Source: Candidatus Scalindua sp. (GTDB taxonomy: Bacteria; Planctomycetota; Brocadiia; Brocadiales; Scalinduaceae). From it: DNA of 32,000 nucleotides. This document shows, in pieces, positions 17,309 to 26,500 of the stretch. The translations under genes were made by a program, and so were the position numbers. A model generated the notes under the pieces. The model did no database searches. It saw only the letters and a program-made list of their open reading frames with translations, and was not told the origin of the DNA. The stretch is taken from contig JALDRA010000001.1 in the NCBI GenBank assembly GCA_031316235.1, positions 3,510,001-3,542,000 of the forward strand, in the 5' to 3' direction. How positions within the stretch are numbered: position 1 is the first letter of the stretch; each line of letters starts with the position of its first letter.

Positions 17309-18130
17309 ATGGAAATCCTGCTCTATCAGATTGATGCCTTTGCATCTGAGGTCTTTCAGGGGAATCCGGCAGCCGTCTGTCCGCTGGAGGGCTGGCTGCC
17401 GGACACCGTTCTTCACAAAATCGCCGGGGAGAATAATCTCTCGGAAACCGCATTTTATGTTCCTGCCGCATCCGGTTTTCATCTGCGCTGGTTTTCACCT
17501 GCGGGAGAGGTTGATCTGTGCGGTCATGCAACGCTGGCAGCGGCATTTGTTATTTTTCATCTCATCGGCTGTGAACTGCCTCAAATCAGGTTCGAAACAA
17601 GAAGTGGCGGCCTGGTGGCAGGCCGTGATGGAGAGAATATTATCATGGATTTTCCCATCCGCCGGGTAAAGGTGTGCACTCCGCCGGATGCCTTGATTAG
17701 TGGTCTCGGGAGAGAACCCATTGAGGTGCTTGCCTCTGATGATTATGTTGCAGTGTTTGATAATGAGGAAGATATTGTGTCCCTCGATCCCGATTACGAC
17801 GCATTGCGCAAACTTGATCTGCGGGGAGTTGTGGCAACCTCACGGGGAAAGAGCTTCGATTTCGTCAGCCGTTTTTTTGCTCCAAAGATAGGGATCAACG
17901 AAGATCCGGTAACCGGATCTTCTCACTGCGAACTTGCGCCTTACTGGGCAGACAAACTGAGAAAGACAAAACTGAAGGCGAGGCAGCTCTCTCAAAGGGG
18001 CGGGGAGATAGGCTGTGAGTTAAGAGGAGACCGTGTCCTCCTCTCAGGAAGGGCGGTTAAGTATATGGAGGGACGCATAACACTGGGGAGAGCTGTCAGG
18101 AAAGATCGCCAGAGAGATAAAACCATTTAA
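17309..18130 (+). CDS. PhzF-family isomerase-like protein
   Basis: The ORF is open from 17270. The ATG at 17309 gives MEILLYQIDAFASEVFQGNPAAV. Also LRWFSPAGEVDLCGHATLAAA and DPVTGSSHCELAPYW. Confidence 0.85.
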   Translation: MEILLYQIDAFASEVFQGNPAAVCPLEGWLPDTVLHKIAGENNLSETAFYVPAASGFHLRWFSPAGEVDLCGHATLAAAFVIFHLIGCELPQIRFETRSGGLVAGRDGENIIMDFPIRRVKVCTPPDALISGLGREPIEVLASDDYVAVFDNEEDIVSLDPDYDALRKLDLRGVVATSRGKSFDFVSRFFAPKIGINEDPVTGSSHCELAPYWADKLRKTKLKARQLSQRGGEIGCELRGDRVLLSGRAVKYMEGRITLGRAVRKDRQRDKTI

Positions 18131-18159
18131 ACCGTTCAAACAGCTTAAACTAATTAAAC
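18124..18159. repeat. Four degenerate 9-bp units related to the downstream YGYTTRAAC tract
   Basis: CATTTAAAC CGTTCAAAC AGCTTAAAC TAATTAAAC. It overlaps the phzF-like stop codon and lies immediately left of the four-helix-bundle gene. Confidence 0.4.
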
Positions 18160-18180
18160 AATTTCACAAAGGGGGATTCA

Positions 18181-18627
18181 ATGTCCGTAAAATATTTTGA
18201 AGATTTGGAGATCTGGATACTTTCAAGGGAATTGACGAACAAAATCTATTCTGTAAGCAATGACGGCAGATTCGCGAAGGATTACGGACTCCGTGATCAG
18301 ATAAGAAGGGCAGCTGTTTCTATTATGTCGAACATTGCGGAAGGTTATGAAAGAGGTGGTAATCAGGAATTTATACAGTTTCTCTCAATAGCCAAAGCGT
18401 CATGCGGTGAAGTCCGGTCACAATTATATCTTGCAATGGACCAGTGCTACATTACGAAAACCGAATGTGAACAATTAATAGATACCTTCAAGAAACTCTC
18501 CATCATGATTAACAACTTCATCGAATACCTCAAAGGCAGTGGATATAAAGGGGCAAAATACAAGATGCCGAAACAGAAAAGCACAAAAGAAAAACTGGAA
18601 GAGATAATAAAAAAAATTAATGTTTGA
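18181..18627 (+). CDS. Four-helix-bundle protein (23S rRNA intervening-sequence protein family)
   Basis: 148 aa. [64 protein letters not shown] is the family signature. Confidence 0.85.
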   Translation: MSVKYFEDLEIWILSRELTNKIYSVSNDGRFAKDYGLRDQIRRAAVSIMSNIAEGYERGGNQEFIQFLSIAKASCGEVRSQLYLAMDQCYITKTECEQLIDTFKKLSIMINNFIEYLKGSGYKGAKYKMPKQKSTKEKLEEIIKKINV

Positions 18628-18873
18628 ACCGTTTAAACTGTTTAAACCGCTTGAACCGTTTAAACTGCTTGAACCGTTTAAACCGCTTAAACCGCTTGAA
18701 CTGTTTAAACTGTTTAAACCGTTTAAACTGCTTAAACCGCTTGAACTGTTTAAACCTGTTTGAACTGCTTAAACTGTTTGAACCGTTTAAACTGTTTGAA
18801 CCGCTTAAACCGTTTGAACTGTTTAAACTGTTTAAACTGTTTAAACCGTTTGAACCGTTTAAACTGCTTAAAC
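18621..18873. repeat. 28-unit tandem repeat, 9-bp unit YGYTTRAAC
   Basis: Counted unit by unit. Only positions 1 (C/T), 3 (C/T) and 6 (A/G) vary, and all 8 combinations occur. One unit (18756-18765) has an extra C. 13 units contain the palindrome GTTTAAAC. Confidence 0.95.
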
Positions 18874-18890
18874 GGTTAATCTTCCCCCCG

Positions 18891-19265
18891 GCATGCTCCT
18901 TCTCCACTTTGACTTCTGTCTCTATCGGCGGTCCAAGGCAGTGCGGAAAAACAACATTTGCCAGAGAGATTATGAAGGTTTATCCTTACAAAGAAGAGCG
19001 AAAAGGCATTTACTTTAACTGGGATGACGATGAAGATAGACGACGGATAATCGGCAAGCTATGGGGTGATCCAGATGAACTTGTTATTTTTGATGAATTA
19101 CATAAATTTCGACGATGGAAATCATGGATAAAGGGGATCTATGATACGTCAGAATCAAGATGCAGATTCCTTGTGACTGGTAGCTTCAGGGTTGATGTCT
19201 ATCGGAGAGGTGGCGATTCACTTATGGGAAGATATCACTATTGGCGCCTTCATCCCCTTAATTGA
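18891..19265 (+). pseudogene. AAA ATPase (AAA_14/DUF4143-type) fragment truncated at both ends
   Basis: Walker A GGPRQCGKTT, Walker B LVIFDELH, and GDSLMGRYHYWRLHPL. Only about 10 codons precede the P-loop before the frame dissolves into the 9-bp repeat. The stop comes at about residue 125, where family members continue for about 250 more residues. Confidence 0.55.
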
Positions 19266-19281
19266 AGTAACGTACAACAAA

Positions 19282-19638
19282 ATGGAAATCTCAAAACCTC
19301 TTCAATACTACAGTGAAAGGCTGCAACCTGAAAAGGCAACCAAAATAGTGGCTACGCTAAAAAAACCATACTCTAAAGGCAAGCTCAGGGGAGAAGGACC
19401 GCTGGAAAGCTTAACCCGCTATCCCTGGAAACAGGTAAGACGCTGTATTCATATCCTGGACTACGAAACAATAAGGAATTATGTAATACGTTATAAAAGC
19501 GGTGGACTAAAAGCTCTATTGAACGATAATCACAAAGGATATAGTAGTGAGTTATCCAAGTCAGAAACAGGGCAGTTAGATAACCATCTCGATGGAAATA
19601 CTACCAAAGAATTCAAGAAATCACACTCTGTTTCTTAA
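19282..19638 (+). mobile_element. IS630-like transposase N-terminal HTH fragment (no DDE domain)
   Basis: ETIRNYVIRYKSGGLKALLNDNHKGYSSELSKSETGQLDNHL resembles the winged-HTH region of IS630-family transposases (..W..RY...G...L.D....G....L). The ORF ends after 118 aa without a catalytic domain. Confidence 0.4.
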
Positions 19639-19698
19639 GTACTATGCTGATCAGCAACAACCAACAAAATATAGGCATGTTTTCAAGGGGAGGATGTA

Positions 19699-19853
19699 TT
19701 GAAAAGAAAACATTTTGCTCATAGCGTGGTAGGCAGACCGGTTGATGAGTGGCATTTGCTTGATGAGCTTTTAATGGACACGGCAAACCTTGCGAGATCA
19801 TTTGCGGATGCATAGACTCAGGGGAATGCGCTTATTTGGCGGGGTTGTGGCAT
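19699..19853 (+). pseudogene. Decayed 5' stub of a second cas3 (HD-domain N-terminus)
   Basis: GGGGAGG-N9-TTG followed by KRKHFAHSVVGRPVDEWHLLDELLMDTANLARSFADA then a stop at 19813-19815. After a frameshift it reads DSGECAYLAGLWH. This matches the Cas3 N-terminal pattern (AHS....W.LL..HL...A.LA..FA....A.LAGL.HD.GK). Confidence 0.55.
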
Positions 19854-19897
19854 GTTTCTAATTGCCAACTTATCTGGTATGTGGGGAGGTATGCATA

Positions 19898-22204
19898 TTG
19901 ACGAGATTTTACGCCCATAGTGTTAATAAAGTCGGTAGAAAACATGATATCAAAGAACATCTGTCTTCTGTCAGAAACATAATATGCGACTTTCTACCAG
20001 CTTCTCGTCTTACAGAAGAAGCAAGTTTAGCAGGATTATTGCATGATTTCGGCAAGTATGGTGATTTGTTTCAGGATAGACTAAAGGGTAAAGCGCATGG
20101 AATAGATCACTGGTCAATAGGTGCTTGGCTGGCACTCTTTGAATTTAGAGCAATAGCTGCTGCTTTGGCTATCGAGGGGCACCATATTGGTCTACAACAT
20201 CTCAATAAAAACCACCTAAACGCTATCAATCCAATGCAGCTTGTAACAAACCATCCGCTGCAACTCCGGTTAAGCGAAGTCAATCTTGATATTCTAAAAT
20301 CTCGACTGACTATTGATGGGATAAAACCAGAAACTAACCATACATTGTTAGGCAACGAATTGAATAGTACTATCAGTACTATGCTGGATGTTCGTATGTT
20401 ATTTTCCACTCTTGTTGATGCAGATTTTCTGGATACCGAAGCACATTTTAGCGGAACAACAGAAGGAAAACAATATCGTCAACTAGGATCTGAATTACAG
20501 GAAAAACGTGCATTGGAAATACTGTTAGAGCATATAAAAAGAGTGCAAGACCAAACACGAGCAGCACCAGAAGTGACAGAGGTACGCACCACATTGCTTA
20601 ATAACTGCCTGAAAGCGGCAGATTCAACAACAGGCTTGTTTACCCTTACTGCTCCAACTGGCAGCGGCAAGACACTGGCAATGTTGGCATTTGCTTTAAA
20701 ACATGCAATTGAGCGGAGTTTGAGACGAATAATAATCGTACTTCCATATCTTTCAATCATCGAACAAACAGCGTCAATTTACAGAAGTATTTTTGAATCT
20801 CGATTCGGACGACACTATGTCTTGGAACATCATTCACTTGCGGGAGTCGGGGTTGAAAAGGCAGAATCCGATAGCGAAGGTAAACCGGAAGAACTTGTGA
20901 CGGCTGAAAGGCAGAGACGCTTGCTTGCCGAGAACTGGGATGCTCCCATAATTGTAACTACAAGCGTACAGATGCTTGAATCGCTTTTTTCAAACCGTCC
21001 TTCAGCGTGTAGAAAACTTCATCGGTTGACACGTTCCGTAATATTATTTGATGAAGTTCAGACCTTGCCAGCAAGTCTTGCGGTACCGACACTTGCGGCA
21101 TTATCCCATCTTGCCTATAGTTATGGTTCAAGCGTAGTTTTTTCTACGGCTACTCAGCCGGCTTTTGAGCATCTGCACGAAACTATCAAGTCACATTCTA
21201 CAACCGGATGGCAACCACATAAAATTGTTTCTGAATCTCAATTCCTTTTCGACAATATGAAGCGCACACGCGTTTCATGGGGCAAACCTGACGAAGGTGT
21301 GGAATGGGATGATTTAGCTGGCCGCCTAAAGGAACATGAACAGGCATTATGTATCGTAAACATTAAACGTCATGCCAGGGTTCTCTGGGAGAAAGTCGGT
21401 GAGGAAGCATTTCATCTCTCTACAAATCTCTGTCCGGCTCATCGCAGAGTTGTTTTGGAGACAGTATGTAACAGGCTGCTTAGCAAAGAACCAGTACATC
21501 TTATTGCAACTCAATGTATCGAGGCAGGAGTAGATGTGGACTTCCCTGTAGTCTATAGAGCATATGCGCCGATTGAATCAATCATTCAGGCTGCTGGCAG
21601 ATGTAATCGTGAAGGTAGGCAGGAGAATTTCGGTCGAGTTCATATTTTTAAGCCTGTGCTTGGAAACAATGAAAAAGAATTTCCTGACCCCGGTTACGAG
21701 CAGGCCGCGCAGGTTACAAAGATGCTTTTCAGACGACATGGGTCGGCTAATATGCTACTCGATGATCCTGGCTTTATAACAGCATACTATCGTGAGCTTT
21801 ACGATATAAGCAAACCTGAAGAGATGAAAAAAACCCAAAGACTATTTGAATACGTTACGGCTGGAAGTTTTCCAGATATAGCGAATGAATATCGTTTGAT
21901 AAAGCAGGATGTCATCAATGTTCTTGTACCTTACCAATTGTACATTGAGGAATTTCGTAAGCTAAACGATGATGCAAACAAAATCGGACTAACTGCCGCC
22001 TGGATAAGGCGCGCCCGTCCGTTAACAGTTAGTCTTTATCGCCCAAAACCTGAAGATACTATTTGGGATTCTCTTATTACCGTGAAGGTGGCGGGAAGAA
22101 AGCAGCGTGAACAAAACGACTGGTTTATTTACATCATAGAGAAAGATTATCATCCTGTGTTGGGACTAACCCCTTCGGGTTCACTCAATACATGGATTGG
22201 ATGA
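19898..22204 (+). CDS. cas3: Cas3 HD nuclease / SF2 helicase
   Basis: The ORF is open from 19862. TTG at 19898 lies 8 nt after GGGGAGG. HD motifs are YAHS, LAGLLHDFGKY and IEGHHIGL. Helicase motifs are motif I TAPTGSGKT, motif II LFDEVQ, and QAAGRCNREG. Confidence 0.93.
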   Translation: MTRFYAHSVNKVGRKHDIKEHLSSVRNIICDFLPASRLTEEASLAGLLHDFGKYGDLFQDRLKGKAHGIDHWSIGAWLALFEFRAIAAALAIEGHHIGLQHLNKNHLNAINPMQLVTNHPLQLRLSEVNLDILKSRLTIDGIKPETNHTLLGNELNSTISTMLDVRMLFSTLVDADFLDTEAHFSGTTEGKQYRQLGSELQEKRALEILLEHIKRVQDQTRAAPEVTEVRTTLLNNCLKAADSTTGLFTLTAPTGSGKTLAMLAFALKHAIERSLRRIIIVLPYLSIIEQTASIYRSIFESRFGRHYVLEHHSLAGVGVEKAESDSEGKPEELVTAERQRRLLAENWDAPIIVTTSVQMLESLFSNRPSACRKLHRLTRSVILFDEVQTLPASLAVPTLAALSHLAYSYGSSVVFSTATQPAFEHLHETIKSHSTTGWQPHKIVSESQFLFDNMKRTRVSWGKPDEGVEWDDLAGRLKEHEQALCIVNIKRHARVLWEKVGEEAFHLSTNLCPAHRRVVLETVCNRLLSKEPVHLIATQCIEAGVDVDFPVVYRAYAPIESIIQAAGRCNREGRQENFGRVHIFKPVLGNNEKEFPDPGYEQAAQVTKMLFRRHGSANMLLDDPGFITAYYRELYDISKPEEMKKTQRLFEYVTAGSFPDIANEYRLIKQDVINVLVPYQLYIEEFRKLNDDANKIGLTAAWIRRARPLTVSLYRPKPEDTIWDSLITVKVAGRKQREQNDWFIYIIEKDYHPVLGLTPSGSLNTWIG

Positions 22205-22218
22205 AAGGAGGAAATGTT

Positions 22219-22956
22219 ATGCGTGGTAAAACTCATTGTCTGGAAGTATGGGGCGATTTTGCCTGTTTCACGCGCCCAGAGATGAAAGTTGAGCGTTTCA
22301 GCTATCCTGTCATTACGCCGTCAGCAGCGCGAGGGATATTTGATGCCATCTACTGGAAAAGGTCTTATGGTTTCTACTGGCAGATTGAAAGAGTAGAAAT
22401 TCTATTGCCGCCTCGATATATAGCACTACGGCGTAATGAGGTAAAGGACAAAGTCCCAAGTGAACGCACAATACTTGCGTGGAAAAATGGAACAACTGAA
22501 ATAGAACCGTTATGGGCAGATGGAGGTAAAGACTTCCTTGGTACTGATCAAAAAGGGCGCACACAGCGACAGACAATGGCATTGAAGGATGTTCGCTATC
22601 GTCTTTATGCACATCTTGCATTCCGTGGTATCGATCAGAATACAAAAACCTTTGATGCCCAATTTGAACGACTTTCAAGTCATGGCAAGTGTTTTTACCA
22701 GCCGTATTTCGGGTGCAGGGAGTTTCCGGCATATTTCGAATTAGTAGATAGTGATTCTAAACGTCAGCCTCCAATCAATTTAGATTTGGATCTTGGTTGG
22801 ATGCTTTATGATGTATTTGATCTTAGCCGAACAAACGATGAAAATGCCTCTCCACGCATAAGCGTTTTTCATGCACGTATTTCAAATGGTGAAATGAAGG
22901 TGCCGGAATACAACGACACTATAGTCAAAAAAGTTGAGGAGGTACCGCATGCTTGA
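22219..22956 (+). CDS. cas5: Cas5c (Cas5d) subunit / pre-crRNA endoribonuclease
   Basis: The ATG follows AAGGAGG. CLEVWGDFACFTRPEMKVERFSYPVITPSAARGIFDAIYWK is the Cas5 type I-C signature. Position is between cas3 and cas8c. Confidence 0.92.
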   Translation: MRGKTHCLEVWGDFACFTRPEMKVERFSYPVITPSAARGIFDAIYWKRSYGFYWQIERVEILLPPRYIALRRNEVKDKVPSERTILAWKNGTTEIEPLWADGGKDFLGTDQKGRTQRQTMALKDVRYRLYAHLAFRGIDQNTKTFDAQFERLSSHGKCFYQPYFGCREFPAYFELVDSDSKRQPPINLDLDLGWMLYDVFDLSRTNDENASPRISVFHARISNGEMKVPEYNDTIVKKVEEVPHA

Positions 22957-24712
22957 TGCAGTTTTAAAGAAGGCAGGAAAAACAGAACCTGGTTTTACAC
23001 ACAAAATTGTAAAATGGGCTATTACCTGTACAAGAAATGGACACTTTACTGGTATTGTTCCGCTTGCCGAAGGTAGGGGACGAGAATATCCGCATTGTCC
23101 GAACCTCAGTCAGCCCGAACTGGTAGGTGGAGAGGAAGCACGGTCACATTTTCTATCAGAGAGTTTGGCAACAGTAGCACTCTACTGGAAAGATAATCTG
23201 GAGCAAAAAGAACAGGAAAAGTTTTGTGCAAAACATGAATATTTCTGTAAATTACTTAAGGATGCTGCACATGTTGCCCCATACTTAAGCGCTGCGTCAA
23301 AAATATTGGCTGATAAAAATATTCTTGAAGCGATTCGCTCTGATTTAAAACAACAAAAAGCGAAACCTACTGATGCATCAACTATATTAATAGATAACAT
23401 TAATCCTCTAGAGCAAGAGGATTGGCACGATTGGTGGCGTGAATTTAGGATAAGCATAAGGGCAAAGCCTAAAAATAACGCTCCTAAGATGAGGTGTTTA
23501 GTTACAGGAGATTTGGTTGTGCCAGCAATTACGCATCCCAAAATCATTGGATTAGCAGGTGTTGGAGGATTAGGTACTGGCGATGTTCTGGCAGGATTTG
23601 ATAAACAGGCATTTCAATCTTATGGTCTGGAGCAGGCAACTAATGCAGCTATGTCCGAAAATACTGCTACAGCATATGCGGAAACCCTTAAACAGTTAAT
23701 CAGAGAGAAAAGAGTAAAACTTGGCGGCACAATTTCTACTTACTGGTTTCTTGAGACAATTCCTGATGAAGATGATCCGTTGGCATGGCTTACTGAACCA
23801 CCGGAGCAGACGCAAACATTTGCCGAACTAAAAGCGCGAGAATTACTTAGCGCAATACATGAAGGAAAACGACCCGACCTTGCAAATAACCGCTATTTTA
23901 CCATCATGTTATCTGGAGCTTCTGGACGAGTCATGGTACGCGAAATCATGCAGGGTACTTTTGAAAGCCTCGCGTCTAATATTGATAAATGGTTCAGCGA
24001 TCTATCAATAGTTTGCCGTGAAGGCACAGGAATCGCAAGGCGACCAAAGTTCTTTTCAGTCGTAAAAGCCATTGAGTTTTTATCAAAGGAGGGCAAGATT
24101 CTGCGGAACATTGATGATGTGCCACCTCCCTTAATACGTGAACTATGGCGGTCTGCTATTACAGGTGGGAAGCTTCCTTCATCTGCTATGAGTCGTACAC
24201 TTATTCGAATCAGATCAGATATTGTTTCAGATATGCCTCCGATGGATTCTCGTTTTTCAATATTAAAATCTTATCTATTAAGGAAAGGAGACGACAATAT
24301 GCAACCATACTTAAATCCAGAACACCCAAATCCTGCTTACCATTGTGGCAGATTGCTTGCAGTGCTTGCCCGTTTGCAGCGTGCCGCGCTTGGCGATGTA
24401 GGGTCGGGAGTTGTACAGCGTTATTACACTGCGGCAAGCCAAACACCAGGACTTATTCTTGGGCGACTTGCTGCCAATGCCAAAAATCACCTTGGTAAAT
24501 TGGAAGGTGGTTTAGTTTATTGGTATGAGGATCAAATTGCTGAGATAATGAGCCGTATCAAAGATACCGTTCCTCGTACACTGACATTAGAGGAGCAAAG
24601 TCTTTTTGCCCTCGGCTACTATCAACAACTTGCTTCACTTAATACTGGCAAAGCTGGTAAACGGAAAAGTATTGATAACAATAATCTCGAAAAAAAGGAG
24701 GAAAACGAATGA
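22949..24712 (+). CDS. cas8c: Cas8c (Csd1) large subunit
   Basis: ATG at 22949 follows GAGGAGG and overlaps the cas5 stop. About 587 aa. The C-terminal [38 protein letters not shown] is Csd1-like. It sits between cas5c and cas7c. Confidence 0.88.
   Translation: MLDAVLKKAGKTEPGFTHKIVKWAITCTRNGHFTGIVPLAEGRGREYPHCPNLSQPELVGGEEARSHFLSESLATVALYWKDNLEQKEQEKFCAKHEYFCKLLKDAAHVAPYLSAASKILADKNILEAIRSDLKQQKAKPTDASTILIDNINPLEQEDWHDWWREFRISIRAKPKNNAPKMRCLVTGDLVVPAITHPKIIGLAGVGGLGTGDVLAGFDKQAFQSYGLEQATNAAMSENTATAYAETLKQLIREKRVKLGGTISTYWFLETIPDEDDPLAWLTEPPEQTQTFAELKARELLSAIHEGKRPDLANNRYFTIMLSGASGRVMVREIMQGTFESLASNIDKWFSDLSIVCREGTGIARRPKFFSVVKAIEFLSKEGKILRNIDDVPPPLIRELWRSAITGGKLPSSAMSRTLIRIRSDIVSDMPPMDSRFSILKSYLLRKGDDNMQPYLNPEHPNPAYHCGRLLAVLARLQRAALGDVGSGVVQRYYTAASQTPGLILGRLAANAKNHLGKLEGGLVYWYEDQIAEIMSRIKDTVPRTLTLEEQSLFALGYYQQLASLNTGKAGKRKSIDNNNLEKKEENE
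24299..24712 (+). CDS. Predicted Cas11c small subunit from an internal in-frame start within cas8c
   Basis: AAGGAAAGGAG ends at 24290, and an in-frame ATG at 24299 follows after 8 nt. The product is 137 aa and covers the helical C-terminus of Cas8c. Internal translation of Cas11 from the large-subunit gene is established for type I-C. Confidence 0.45.
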   Translation: MQPYLNPEHPNPAYHCGRLLAVLARLQRAALGDVGSGVVQRYYTAASQTPGLILGRLAANAKNHLGKLEGGLVYWYEDQIAEIMSRIKDTVPRTLTLEEQSLFALGYYQQLASLNTGKAGKRKSIDNNNLEKKEENE

Positions 24713-25719
24713 GTATACAAAACCGCTACGAATTTCTTTATTTGTTTGACTGTGAGAATGGTAATCCTAATGGCGACCCTGACGCCGGTAATGCTCCACG
24801 TATAGATCCTGAAGATATGAGAGGATTAGTGTCCGACGTAGCTCTTAAGCGCCGAGTGCGCAACTATGTGCAGATAGCACAAGGGAATGTTGCTCCGAAT
24901 GCAATCTTTATTGAGCATGCAACAAATTTGAATCGTCCCATTACCAAAGCTCATGAAGAGACAGGTGGTGTGCCTGAAAAAAGCGCTTCAAAAGGCAAAG
25001 TAAAAGAAGCTCGTAAATGGATGTGCAAGACCTTTTATGACGTGCGCACCTTCGGCGCAGTAATGAGCACAGGACCCAACGCCGGACAAGTTCGTGGACC
25101 AGTGCAATTTTCCTTTGCTCGTTCGCTTGATCCTGTTCTGCCTCTCGATATTTCTATTACACGTATGGCTGTTGCAGAGAATGTAAAAGGAGTTAAGACG
25201 TCAGATGGCTATCTCAAATGGGAGAGTGAACAAGAGGAGGACAAGCTTCGTACAATGGGGCGCAAAAATCTTATTCCTTATGGATTGTATGCAGCAAAAG
25301 GATTTATCAGTGCACATCTTTCTGATGATGACACAGGCACAGCCTTTTCTGAAAATGATCTTACACTGTTATGGGAAGCTCTGGCTAATATGTACGATCA
25401 TGATCGTTCTTCAAGCAAGGGATATATGGCTCGACGTGGACTATATATTTTCAAACATATCGGTACGGATAATAATCCTGAACAAAGGGCAAGACAAGCT
25501 AAGCTTGGCTGCGCTCCTGCACAAGCATTGCTTGATCTCGGCAAGGTGATAGATATTCAAAAAAATGAAGAGGCCATGAAAAATGATCACGTCATTTCTC
25601 CTCGAAGTTTGGAGCATTATAGCGTGCAGATTCATGCAGACCATATTCCTAACGGCGTGGAGCTGTGGATTTGGGATGATACAACTGAGGGGCTGGTGAG
25701 GGAACATCCCGTTGCTTAA
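24709..25719 (+). CDS. cas7: Cas7c (Csd2) backbone subunit
   Basis: ATGA overlap with the cas8c stop and an [40 protein letters not shown] and [10 protein letters not shown] are Csd2 signatures. Confidence 0.92.
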   Translation: MSIQNRYEFLYLFDCENGNPNGDPDAGNAPRIDPEDMRGLVSDVALKRRVRNYVQIAQGNVAPNAIFIEHATNLNRPITKAHEETGGVPEKSASKGKVKEARKWMCKTFYDVRTFGAVMSTGPNAGQVRGPVQFSFARSLDPVLPLDISITRMAVAENVKGVKTSDGYLKWESEQEEDKLRTMGRKNLIPYGLYAAKGFISAHLSDDDTGTAFSENDLTLLWEALANMYDHDRSSSKGYMARRGLYIFKHIGTDNNPEQRARQAKLGCAPAQALLDLGKVIDIQKNEEAMKNDHVISPRSLEHYSVQIHADHIPNGVELWIWDDTTEGLVREHPVA

Positions 25720-26374
25720 AAAATTAGTAGAGAGATTTGATGAAGACAACCTCATTCATCTTGCGTCTGTGAACCAATATGCTTACTGCCCGCGAAGATG
25801 CGCCCTTATCCATATTGAGCAGTTATGGAGCGAAAATATGTTCACTGCAGAAGGCAGGATCATGCATGACAAGGTTGACACGGCAAAGCAGGAAAAACGT
25901 AGGGATGTCCGTGTTGAATATGGCGTACCTCTAAGGTCGCTGCGGCTTGGCCTGATTGGCAAAGCTGATGTTGTGGAGTTTCACAGGAAAGGTAATAAAT
26001 GGCATCCATTTCCCGTGGAATATAAGAGAGGCAAACCCAAAAAGGACAACTGCGATAAAGTCCAGCTCTGTGCACAGGCAATGTGCCTTGAGGAAATGTT
26101 GAATTGTTCTATTACCGAGGGGGCGCTGTTCTACGGGACAACCAGGCGAAGAGAGGACGTTGTGTTTGATGCAGCATTGAGAATCGAGACGGAAGAGACG
26201 GCAAAGAGAGTTCATGAGCTTATCAGTTTGGCCATTACTCCTAAACCGGAGTATTCAAAGAAGTGTAAAAGTTGTTCACTCTACGAATTATGTATGCCGG
26301 AGACGTGCGGCAAAAAGGGAAAGGCGAGCGCGTATCTTTTGGCGTTAAGGGGTGAAGAAGAGAATAATGTGTAA
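25712..26374 (+). CDS. cas4: Cas4 RecB-like exonuclease with Fe-S cluster cysteines
   Basis: 220 aa with a TTG start overlapping the cas7 end. N-terminal [10 protein letters not shown], the nuclease motif [12 protein letters not shown], and the C-terminal cluster [10 protein letters not shown]. Confidence 0.9.
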   Translation: MLKKLVERFDEDNLIHLASVNQYAYCPRRCALIHIEQLWSENMFTAEGRIMHDKVDTAKQEKRRDVRVEYGVPLRSLRLGLIGKADVVEFHRKGNKWHPFPVEYKRGKPKKDNCDKVQLCAQAMCLEEMLNCSITEGALFYGTTRRREDVVFDAALRIETEETAKRVHELISLAITPKPEYSKKCKSCSLYELCMPETCGKKGKASAYLLALRGEEENNV

Positions 26375-26500
26375 TAAAATTCTCACGCAGAGCCGCAAAG
26401 AACGCTAAGAAAATGAAATAAGAGTTGATATTTACCCTTTGTGTGAGGATTAGTCGTTTATCATTATCGTGAAAACTGGTATAAAAAAGCATAACATAAC

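Noticed and set aside
18617-18907. Minus-strand ORF (FKRFKQ repeats) and the N-terminal 90 aa of plus-strand ORF 18624..19265 (LNRLNC / FEPFKL repeats), which superficially resemble a leucine-rich or basic repeat protein
   Set aside because: Both are read-through of the 9-bp DNA tandem repeat. A 1-nt insertion at 18756 changes the peptide register mid-tract, and there is no credible start or RBS. The only protein-like part begins near 18891.
19862-19897. Longer N-termini offered by the ORF track for cas3 (19862), cas5 (22192) and cas8c (22934)
   Set aside because: In each case an internal start (19898 TTG, 22219 ATG, 22949 ATG) follows a strong Shine-Dalgarno sequence and coincides with the start of family homology.
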